Source: Aeromonadales bacterium (lineage in GTDB: Bacteria; Pseudomonadota; Gammaproteobacteria; Enterobacterales; GCA-002770795). Taken from it: a stretch of DNA of 50,702 nucleotides. Of the stretch, positions 35,307-45,804 are shown piece by piece. Location: positions 1-50,702 of the forward strand of contig DRNA01000172.1 in NCBI GenBank assembly GCA_011322365.1, given 5' to 3'. The notes beneath the pieces were generated by a model that worked only from the letters and a program-made list of their open reading frames with translations, made no database searches and was not told where the DNA came from. The position numbers were made by a program, and so were the translations under genes. The stretch's first letter is position 1, and every line of letters begins with the position of its first letter.

Positions 35307-37622
35307 ATGGATAAATTCTACAAACATCCCAGGACAAAATTTGTTTTGACGGGTGTTTCATTACTCATGGCTACAGCATTGAATGCCGTCCAGGCGAAAG
35401 ATGCAAATTTTATAGTAAATTGTAAAGCTGATTGTGGAACACTAATAGAAAAAGTCACTAGTCTGGGTGGCAAGGTTACCAATAAATATAAAAACATTAA
35501 TGCTATCTCTATTACTATGGATAGTGATAACAGAGCACAGTTACAGACTGTAAACCCTGCTGCAATAATTATTAAAGATAAGATTTTTAGCCTTCCAGCG
35601 CCTAAAGATGAGATAAGTCTTAAAGGTAAAGCTGATTTTACAGTATTAAAAGGGGATAAGTTAGACAAGTTTATCAAACAGGCACCAAAAGGGTTTGATT
35701 TTAATAATATTTTAACTGGTGCAGCAACGATGAATGCTGCAGGTTTTTCAGGTCAGGGCGCAGTGGTTGCTGTCATTGATACGGGTACAGCAAATAATGC
35801 CGACGTAGTACCCTCGCTGGCAGGTTCTGTCATAGGTGGGGAAAATTTTGTTCCTGGAGAGGGTGAGCCTTCTGCAACCAGTACTGCAAACGGTCCTCAT
35901 GGTACAAACACGGGTTCCATGATAGCGGCCCATACTTTCTTTTTATTAGATTCATCATCATCATTTGCTCAATCAGTAGCGAATAACCAACCTGCAAGTA
36001 TTTATACTGACTTTTTCCCTGGAGTATCCGTTTTACCACTATTTGGTTCAGCTCCGGAGGCAAAACTTTATGCGCTTAAGGTTTTTGCAGCTGCTGGTGG
36101 TGGCTCTCCAGAGTCACGCATAATTGCAGCAATGGACAGGGCAATTACGTTGCGTACCAACTATAATGACGGCATGCCTGTAGAGCCAGTAAATCCAGGT
36201 TGTGGCGCTGAAGATGATCCATGTATATATGACTCTTTGAATATTAAAGTTGTAAATATGAGCCTGGGTGGAGGGACACTCTATGCAGCAAAAGATCTTG
36301 AAGATCAATTAACCAATAAAATGTTAGATGCAGGTATTACTTTAGTTGCTTCTGCAGGAAACGAAGGTTTTGCTGCGATTACTGGTGGCAGTCCTGGTAC
36401 AGGAGAAGGGGCACTGACGGTGGGTGCTGCAAGTACTGTTGGAAATGAAAGAATACTTCGAGATTTACAATTCGGGCTGGGTATAGGTGCTTTTTATCGT
36501 CCTGGAAATCATCATCAGATGGCAACATTCAGTTCAAGAGGCCCTAGTGCAGATGGTCGTATTTCAACAGATGTTGTTGCCAATGGTTTTGCTTGCCTTG
36601 TGCAAAATGCTAATGGTTCATTAAATCTAGCTAGTGGTACATCTTTCTCTGCTCCAATGGTAGCAGGGGCTGCGGCCACTTTGGTAAGTGCATTCCCGGA
36701 GGCTTCAGCTGTTGAAATACGCAATGCTTTAGTACAAAGTGCAAATCCAGATATTCTGGGAGACAATTCGGGAGCTATCGACCAGGGTGCCGGATTTATT
36801 GATATCCCAGCTGCTTACGGTTTGCTGGCTTCGGGCTCTGTGAATACCTCTCTTCCAAAAGGAAAGGGTAACAAGATCCTCGCAAATAATATCAAAAGTC
36901 TTGGACTCAAAGTGTTATCGGCTGATTTCAGACATGTGAAAACCAAGCATGTTGCTAACTTAAAAGCGGGTCAGGTAGCTCATTTTTTCATTGAAAGTAA
37001 ACCTGAGACAGATAGGATTACCATTAACATCGATAACGTAAAGGCTTCATTACCAGCGGATGAACAAAATTTATTTTTTGGTGATGATGTGTATTTTGTG
37101 TTGCAGGATGCTATTACACATACTGACGCTATCATTTCGAGTGGTTTTGTTGTAAATGGTACAGAGATTGTGGTTGATAACCCTCAGACTGGAATACTGA
37201 GATTGGCTGTCATGGGTGACTGGACCAATGCTGGTGACATTTCGGCAGATATCTCTATTCTTGGCCATAAAAGTAAGCAGCCTCATAACGTTCGTAAAGG
37301 AAGAGTTGATCAAAGTGAAACTCAAACCGATACGATTTACATTCCAGATGGAACCACACAAGTTACTTTTGAACTGAAGTGGAGAAATAATTGGGGGGCT
37401 TACCCAACAGATGATATAGATTTAATCTTGCTGGACCCAAATTTTGATGCATATTTTGATGGTGCGACATTCTCAAGTCCAGAAAGAGTTGTTATCAATA
37501 ATCCAACTCCTGGAGAGTGGACAATGTTTGTGCAAGGTTTTACCGTACAGAATGTTAATGAAGGCCCTGGTAGTAAGTGGCAGATGAGTATTACTGATCA
37601 GGATGGAAATTCAATTAAATAA
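35307..37622 (+). CDS. Secreted subtilisin-like (S8) serine protease with C-terminal beta-rich domains
   Basis: Signal peptide ...ALNAVQA and the catalytic triad blocks VAVIDTG, HGTNTG and GTSFSAPMVAG. AAGGA lies 6 nt before the ATG at 35307. Confidence 0.88.
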   Translation: MDKFYKHPRTKFVLTGVSLLMATALNAVQAKDANFIVNCKADCGTLIEKVTSLGGKVTNKYKNINAISITMDSDNRAQLQTVNPAAIIIKDKIFSLPAPKDEISLKGKADFTVLKGDKLDKFIKQAPKGFDFNNILTGAATMNAAGFSGQGAVVAVIDTGTANNADVVPSLAGSVIGGENFVPGEGEPSATSTANGPHGTNTGSMIAAHTFFLLDSSSSFAQSVANNQPASIYTDFFPGVSVLPLFGSAPEAKLYALKVFAAAGGGSPESRIIAAMDRAITLRTNYNDGMPVEPVNPGCGAEDDPCIYDSLNIKVVNMSLGGGTLYAAKDLEDQLTNKMLDAGITLVASAGNEGFAAITGGSPGTGEGALTVGAASTVGNERILRDLQFGLGIGAFYRPGNHHQMATFSSRGPSADGRISTDVVANGFACLVQNANGSLNLASGTSFSAPMVAGAAATLVSAFPEASAVEIRNALVQSANPDILGDNSGAIDQGAGFIDIPAAYGLLASGSVNTSLPKGKGNKILANNIKSLGLKVLSADFRHVKTKHVANLKAGQVAHFFIESKPETDRITINIDNVKASLPADEQNLFFGDDVYFVLQDAITHTDAIISSGFVVNGTEIVVDNPQTGILRLAVMGDWTNAGDISADISILGHKSKQPHNVRKGRVDQSETQTDTIYIPDGTTQVTFELKWRNNWGAYPTDDIDLILLDPNFDAYFDGATFSSPERVVINNPTPGEWTMFVQGFTVQNVNEGPGSKWQMSITDQDGNSIK

Positions 37623-37641
37623 CAAATAATTAATTTTCATC

Positions 37642-37672
37642 AAAAGGGGAGCTAAATTGCTCCCCTTTTTTA
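37642..37672. terminator. Bidirectional rho-independent terminator
   Basis: aaaaggggagc-taaatt-gctcccctttttt lies between convergent genes. Confidence 0.8.
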
Positions 37673-37700
37673 ATTCTCTGCGAGATTGAATGAACTTAAA

Positions 37701-38321
37701 TTATTTCTCTCGGCAATTTAGCGCAGTATGCCCATTACTAAAAAAGCTGGATTTTCCCTTATTGTGAGAAAGTGTCACAAAATAACCGGGTTCATCACTC
37801 TTAAATATGGAAACCCCCGTTTCACATAAGCCGCGGTATTGAGACCAGTCAGATTTATTGACGCCCAGCAAATGTATACTTTTTGATTTAATATGTGGGT
37901 CCTGAAGTAACAGCTTACGTGAGAGTTGAATAGATTTAACCATTGCAGATTGAGGTTTTATTGGGATTGTTGTATTTTTTTTAGAATTGAAGATATTATG
38001 TTTTTTGCAAATAATTGCCCTGGTCATACTGGTATGTACATAGTAAATATGGTCATTGACTCTGGCTTCTACCAAATAGCCAGGGGTTATCACTGGTAGA
38101 TAATATTGATTATTTTCCGGGCAACCAAGCGCACTATTAGGCCATTCTTTCTCTATAAATTTTTCAATAGTAATATCTTTCTCATTTATCTGAAATTCAT
38201 TCACTAGAGTATGAATTACTTTTTGTCTGATATCTTCGTTTAAAGAGGCACCCATGGATGTAGTTCCAGTAAATAGAAATAGACCAGGGATCAGCATATG
38301 CCAAATATAATTAATGTTCAA
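37701..38321 (-). CDS. Hypothetical secreted protein with two related Cys-containing domains
   Basis: Signal-like N-terminus. Two segments share W...(L)GC...PGY.V...Y/F...C spacing: EKEWPNSALGCPENNQYYLPVITPGYLVEARV...YYVHT and KSDWSQYRGLCETGVSIFKSDEPGYFVTLS...FFSNGHT. Confidence 0.5.
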   Translation of the reverse strand: MNINYIWHMLIPGLFLFTGTTSMGASLNEDIRQKVIHTLVNEFQINEKDITIEKFIEKEWPNSALGCPENNQYYLPVITPGYLVEARVNDHIYYVHTSMTRAIICKKHNIFNSKKNTTIPIKPQSAMVKSIQLSRKLLLQDPHIKSKSIHLLGVNKSDWSQYRGLCETGVSIFKSDEPGYFVTLSHNKGKSSFFSNGHTALNCREK

Positions 38322-38937
38322 AACAATCTCCTTATAGATAGATATTTTGGTAAAAAATAGTAACTATTATACCCTTTGTGTTTCAATATTTCTGATTCGA
38401 ATAACTGGCGATGTGTAGAATTTATGGTTAAATATAGAGCCATAACCATTCAAAAAGCAGGTTTTAGAGTTCAAGCAGAGTGTCAGAGCAAGGCACAACT
38501 TGAAACTAGCACCCAACAAAGCACACCCTGCGGTTACGGGGCGGGCTCTGGTTATTCCCTTAATGAAAGTTGCATTGGCTAAGTCCTTCACCACATCCGT
38601 GCAGGTAACACAGTGCTGGCTTCCTGCTTGAACTCTCGCAGGGCAAGAGGAGAAGCAGGTGATTCGACTCTAGAGTATCCTTATTTGGTTAGAATTAAGC
38701 TTAGCTTTAGACAAGAAAAACCAGCAAATATGTGTATTGTTGTGGTTCTTAGCGTTGATATTGCTTCCTTTTATGCATAAGATTGCTTTAGTAGTTTCAA
38801 AACCTTACAGGTTGACTGACTTCCGACTTTGTATTTCAATGAATTAGCGGTATATCGGTTTAATATGCCGATTTAGACGAGAATTTGACTCCCTTTTCAA
38901 AGCTGAAGTTAATTACTATGGAGATTTTGAATCTTAA

Positions 38938-41199
<2,262 letters not shown>

Positions 41200-41226
41200 T
41201 AACTTTAACTTACTATTTTAATCAAT

Positions 41227-41258
41227 AAAAAACCGGCTATTGAATAGCCGGTTTTTTT
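41227..41258. terminator. Bidirectional rho-independent terminator
   Basis: aaaaaaccggctat-tgaa-tagccggttttttt lies between convergent icd and the MAPEG gene. Confidence 0.85.
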
Positions 41259-41271
41259 GATCAACTTATTT

Positions 41272-41655
41272 TTAAATTAAAGTAGAAATCGCACCAACCA
41301 ATGCACCAATAACTAACGAGAAATTGCTGATAAAGGTCAGTATCATACCAAACCCACGTTTTGAGGGATTTGAAATATACATAGCTGAATATATCTGACG
41401 GCCAATAATAAAAACTACTCCAGGTAAAATAACCCAGGTTGAACTGACATAGTAACTAAAGGCTAACATGCCGGGCATAAAGATAATTATCTGCTCGAGC
41501 GTATTCATCTGCACTCGAAACATTCTTTCCCAGGTCTCATTTCCCGCAACATGTGGCGCAGTGATTTCAAATTTACCTCGATTAGCACCCACACGGCCGA
41601 CAAAAAACATATATTGCAGTAAAGCAATCAGAATAATAATAATGGCATAAATCAT
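41272..41655 (-). CDS. MAPEG family membrane protein
   Basis: 127 aa with 3-4 TM segments. RVGANRGKF...ERMFRVQMNTLEQ matches the MAPEG pattern. Confidence 0.7.
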   Translation of the reverse strand: MIYAIIIILIALLQYMFFVGRVGANRGKFEITAPHVAGNETWERMFRVQMNTLEQIIIFMPGMLAFSYYVSSTWVILPGVVFIIGRQIYSAMYISNPSKRGFGMILTFISNFSLVIGALVGAISTLI

Positions 41656-41859
41656 TTGAAGCTCTCTTTGTTGTTATTTTACTATACAGCATAATCTTTT
41701 GCTGCTAAAAGGCAACTATTAATAAAGGTAACTATTGAAACGCCTGAATATTAGAGATGCCCTTTAATTAGTAACTGACAGCAAAACACTATTTTGATAA
41801 AGTGGCAGTCCTAAAGAACATTAATAAGAAAATTAATGTACATCTAGTGAAACCATGAG

Positions 41860-42891
41860 ATGAATTCAGTGAATCAGTCAGCAGGAAGTAGAAAGCAAAT
41901 TAGTCTTCAACGAGGTATTTTACTAACTAATCTGGGTACGCCTGATGCTCCTACTGCCAGCGCACTTCGTCCCTATTTAAAACAGTTTCTAAGTGACCAC
42001 CGCGTGGTTGAAATACCTGAAATCATCTGGTGGTTTATTCTTCATCTTCTGATCCTGCCATTTCGTGCACGATCATCAGCTCGCCTGTATCAACATATCT
42101 GGACCGATGAAGGTTCACCGTTACTGGCCATTACGCTCAAACAGGCAAAAAAACTGCAAAAAAAACTGGATCAATTCTGTGAACAGAATAATGATAGCAC
42201 ACCAGCTGTTGTTAAAGTCGGGATGCGTTACGGTCATCCTTCTATAAGTCGAGCTTTAGAAGAATTTAAAATGGAAGGTATTCATCACATTTCCGTTTTG
42301 CCTTTGTATCCGCAATATAGTGCAACTACAACAGGTTCTACCTTCGATGCGGTCGCACAGGTTTTAGCAAAACAGCGATGGGTGCCTTCTTTGAGATTTA
42401 TTAATGGATATCATCTGAATGAACAGTATCTCAATGCACTGGTTGAATCAATCCGAGAGCACATAGCTGAATGTGGAAAACCTGAGAAATTATTACTATC
42501 ATTTCATGGCATCCCTGAAAGAAGCATCGCCTTAGGCGATCCTTATTATTCATTTTGTCAGCAGACCACAGAAGCGCTGAAAGAAAAACTTTATCAGGAA
42601 GATATTGATATCTTGCTGTGTTTTCAATCACGTTTTGGCAAGGCAACCTGGCTTCAACCTTATACAGATAAAACATTGATGGGGCTGGCTGAAAAAGGTA
42701 TTAAAAATATAGCTATCTGCTGTCCTGGTTTTTCTGTCGACTGTCTTGAAACGCTTGAAGAAATTCAGGTTGAAAATAAAAAAATATTTTTAGATGCAGG
42801 CGGTAAGGATTATCAATATATTCCATGTTTAAATGATGATAGTTCACACGTTGAGATGATGTTTGAACTTGTCACAAAAAATAATTTTTGA
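41860..42891 (+). CDS. hemH: Ferrochelatase
   Basis: ILLTNLGTPDAPT..ALRPYLKQFLSDHRVVE, LPLYPQYSATTTGS and SFHGIPE are present. Confidence 0.92.
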   Translation: MNSVNQSAGSRKQISLQRGILLTNLGTPDAPTASALRPYLKQFLSDHRVVEIPEIIWWFILHLLILPFRARSSARLYQHIWTDEGSPLLAITLKQAKKLQKKLDQFCEQNNDSTPAVVKVGMRYGHPSISRALEEFKMEGIHHISVLPLYPQYSATTTGSTFDAVAQVLAKQRWVPSLRFINGYHLNEQYLNALVESIREHIAECGKPEKLLLSFHGIPERSIALGDPYYSFCQQTTEALKEKLYQEDIDILLCFQSRFGKATWLQPYTDKTLMGLAEKGIKNIAICCPGFSVDCLETLEEIQVENKKIFLDAGGKDYQYIPCLNDDSSHVEMMFELVTKNNF

Positions 42892-42907
42892 AAGTCAAGG
42901 TGAAGTA

Positions 42908-43804
42908 ATGAGCGAGCATCATCATCACGAAATTAAAGGGAAAAATCTTTTCATTACTATCATTTTAAATATTGTTATTACCGTATCACAAATTTTAGGA
43001 GGTATCCTTTCGGGATCTCTGGCGTTACTCAGTGATGCGCTGCATAATTTTTCTGATGTGATGGCTTTGATTATTGCCTGGTGGGCGAACAAAATTTCTC
43101 TGAGAAATAAAACTTCTGATAAAACCTACGGCTATAAACGTGCACAAATTGTTGCTGCTTTATTTAATGGCGCTGTTTTGGTTGGCATTGGTTTTTTTCT
43201 GATTGTTGAAGCTATAAGTCGATTACAACATCCTGAACCCATCGGTTCCAATCTGGTTATTTACCTGGCGTTGCTGAGTATCGTATTAAATGCCGCCAGT
43301 GTATTGTTAATAAAAGATGATAGTCATGGTAATTTAAATATCAAGGCGGCTTACCTGCATTTGCTAACCGATGTAATGACTTCAATAGCGGTATTAATTG
43401 GTGGCTTATTGATGAAATACTACCAGTTATTCTGGGTTGACCCATTGGTCACTATTATTATTGCAATTTACCTTATTCAGGCTTCCTATTCACTGATAAC
43501 AGAATCCGTGTCAATTTTAATGCAGTCAACACCCAAATCAGTCGATTTGCAGGATATAGAAAATACAGTAGAACAGATAAAAGGACTAAAAAATATTCAT
43601 CATATCCACCTGTGGCAACTGGATGATCACCAGCTTATTCTGGAAGCACACCTGGACTTCGATGAAGATTTACCAATATCAAAAGCCACTCAAATCGAAT
43701 CACAATTAGTGAAGGTGCTGGCAGAAAAATTTGCTATTACTCATGTTACTTTACAGGCTGAATATAACGTTGATGATGACAAAGGTTTATTTTGTACCCA
43801 TTAA
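42908..43804 (+). CDS. Cation diffusion facilitator (CzcD/ZitB-like)
   Basis: His-rich N-terminus (SEHHHHE), LLSDALHNFSD and HLLTDV metal-site motifs, six TM segments and a C-terminal cytoplasmic domain. AAGGTGA precedes the ATG at 42908. Confidence 0.88.
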   Translation: MSEHHHHEIKGKNLFITIILNIVITVSQILGGILSGSLALLSDALHNFSDVMALIIAWWANKISLRNKTSDKTYGYKRAQIVAALFNGAVLVGIGFFLIVEAISRLQHPEPIGSNLVIYLALLSIVLNAASVLLIKDDSHGNLNIKAAYLHLLTDVMTSIAVLIGGLLMKYYQLFWVDPLVTIIIAIYLIQASYSLITESVSILMQSTPKSVDLQDIENTVEQIKGLKNIHHIHLWQLDDHQLILEAHLDFDEDLPISKATQIESQLVKVLAEKFAITHVTLQAEYNVDDDKGLFCTH

Positions 43805-44127
43805 GCCGTCAATTGAGAAGAAATATGTTGCAGATAATTATGCATATTGAAATAACCTATCATTGCTTCAAACATCATTCTCCACATGAGTTCCATCATC
43901 AAAAATAACACAATATAAGTGATACGAACATACCATTGGTTTTTGTTGGATAGTGAAGTAAAAAAAGATTTGATAAAATCATTTAAAGATCTTAATAAGG
44001 CATATTTTTCTAATAAATAGTGTCTGGACTTCCATAGTAAAATGGGAATTACAATGGCACCAATATAGTAAACTATCAGTAATATAAGAGGCGTTATAAA
44101 ATAATCAAAGGTTAAAAAGTCTTTCAT
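43801..44127 (-). CDS. Small membrane protein, DUF4282-like
   Basis: MKDFLTFDYFITPLILLIVYYIGAIVIP... with a second hydrophobic segment followed by MELMWRMMFEAMI. Confidence 0.45.
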   Translation of the reverse strand: MKDFLTFDYFITPLILLIVYYIGAIVIPILLWKSRHYLLEKYALLRSLNDFIKSFFTSLSNKNQWYVRITYIVLFLMMELMWRMMFEAMIGYFNMHNYLQHISSQLTA

Positions 44128-44185
44128 AGTGATCCTGATATAAAATGAACAGAACTGGGAGTAATTGATACGAAAAATACTAACA

Positions 44186-44869
44186 CTAAACTATAGTGCC
44201 AAAGATGTGACCAATTACGGCAGTGACTCCCATAGCCAATGCTCCCCAGAATGTAACGCGTAAAGCACCTTTTGTGATATTGGCCCCACCGAAATATGCC
44301 GCCACTGAACCTAATATCCCTAAAAAAAATAATGAGCTGATGGAAACAGTTAGAATAAGTGTGTTTAAAGGTGCAAAAGCAACCAGCATAACCGGCAATA
44401 GTGCACCAATGGTAAATGATGCTGCCGATGATAATGCTGCCTGAATTGGACGGGCTTTTTGTATTTCAGATAATCCTAATTCATCTCGGCTATGAGCTTC
44501 CAGCGCATTATGCGCCATAAGTTGATCCGCTACCTTGACCGCCAGTTCTTTATCAAGCCCTCTGGTGACATAAATATTGGCTAATTCTTCATGTTCTTCT
44601 TTGTCAAAGTTTGCCAGTTCATATTTTTCACGATCTAAATCAGCCTTTTCAGTATCAGACTGGGAGCTGACTGAAACATATTCACCCGCGGCCATTGACA
44701 TGGCGCCAGCAATTAAGCCTGCAATGGCGGCAATAAGTAATTCACTACGCCCGGTATTTGCAGCGGCGATTCCGACTACCAGGCTAGAGGTAGAAACAAT
44801 GCCGTCATTGGCACCAAGTACTGCTGCACGAAGCCAACCTATTCTTTCGTTAAAGTGTGTTTCAATCAT
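44186..44869 (-). CDS. VIT1/CCC1 family iron/manganese transporter
   Basis: WLRAAVLGANDGIVSTSSLVVG and AGEYVSVSSQSD are present, with a C-terminal TM bundle. Confidence 0.85.
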   Translation of the reverse strand: MIETHFNERIGWLRAAVLGANDGIVSTSSLVVGIAAANTGRSELLIAAIAGLIAGAMSMAAGEYVSVSSQSDTEKADLDREKYELANFDKEEHEELANIYVTRGLDKELAVKVADQLMAHNALEAHSRDELGLSEIQKARPIQAALSSAASFTIGALLPVMLVAFAPLNTLILTVSISSLFFLGILGSVAAYFGGANITKGALRVTFWGALAMGVTAVIGHIFGTIV

Positions 44870-44910
44870 TATTATTACAACCTATGTCTTTTGAAAGTAG
44901 CTGATGCTCC

Positions 44911-45141
44911 CTACCTCAATGCTGCATTCAGTTCGTCAACTACTTCACTCCAGTCACTATCTTCTTCAATGGCCTCTCTGATAAATTCAGCCTGAGCGGG
45001 TGTCCAGAAAGGCGCATCGGCTAAAGCGACGGATTCAGGTAAAGGACTATGGCTGGATATAAAATTGTCAATATCTTTATCAGTGTTACCCAACCCGAGT
45101 TGTAAGAAAAGATCATTTAATGAGTGATATTCAGCTTTCAT
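44911..45141 (-). CDS. DUF2789 family protein
   Basis: MKAEYHSLNDLFLQLGL...FISSH.PLP....LADAPFWTPAQAEFIREA..EDSDW.EVVDELN matches the DUF2789 pattern. The ATG at 45141 is preferred to the longer ORF. Confidence 0.65.
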   Translation of the reverse strand: MKAEYHSLNDLFLQLGLGNTDKDIDNFISSHSPLPESVALADAPFWTPAQAEFIREAIEEDSDWSEVVDELNAALR

Positions 45142-45366
45142 GTTGTTCTCCCGTAATTGATTAGTAAAATTGTACTTAAGTACGCCTTTGAAAATAATTA
45201 TATAAAACACCTGTATGGAGTATATGATTATTTATGGTGAAAAATTCAAGGTGAAATCTTTCATAATCATTAGGGTGATTGGATAAATCGTGTAATTTTT
45301 TCATAAGCCTTTGTTCAAGTTTCCAACCTTTTCTATCTGAAACTGGCTTTAATGCATCTTTGTAGA

Positions 45367-45804
45367 CTAATTTAGTCTGAATTTTAATTCAATGATTGTT
45401 GCCTTCTGGAAGTAAAAAGACAAAAGTTGGAGTGTCTGGACTATGAGCTTTTTTATTGTCGTGTCAGAAGCTATGGCGCTGATCAGCAAAAAAGCAATCA
45501 ACAGCCACGTCAACCAGTACTCAGCGATATATTGACTTAAGTAAGCACCGAGTGGTGTACTGATGATGATGGAAAGCACTAAAGGGATGGCAAATTTAAA
45601 ATCCAGTACACCCCGAATAAGATTCATTATGCTGGCACTGATAGTGCTGCTTGTATTGATGAATAAAGAAACCGTTTTGGCCAGCATGGTTGGCATCCCT
45701 GCCATTGGGAAAATGGTGACTAAAGCAATAGCCGATCCCACGCCTCCCATCGAAAACAGTGTTGAAAACAACAGTGTCAGGAAAAAATAACTGACCAAAT
45801 CCAT
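45367..45804 (-). pseudogene. Truncated TauE/SafE (DUF81) anion-exporter-like gene
   Basis: The first 115 aa or so look like one TauE half (GGVGSAIALV...INTSSTISASIMN...PLGAYLSQYI). The rest is unrelated, and the second half of the family (normally about 250 aa in total) is missing. Its start overlaps the RND stop (TGATG). Confidence 0.5.

Noticed and set aside
38367-38594. Two small ORFs on opposite strands (38376-38582 + and 38367-38594 -)
   Set aside because: They are mutually antisense over the same DNA, have no Shine-Dalgarno sequence, show odd composition and match no recognisable family. The region is treated as non-coding, possibly a structured RNA.
38380-38680. Known housekeeping RNAs (6S, 4.5S/SRP, tmRNA, RNase P)
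   Set aside because: No GGAA-tetraloop SRP domain IV, no tmRNA tag reading frame or tRNA-like ends, no RNase P P4 consensus (GAGGAAAGUCC), and the 5' and 3' ends do not pair as in 6S. Weak local similarities occur in the wrong order.
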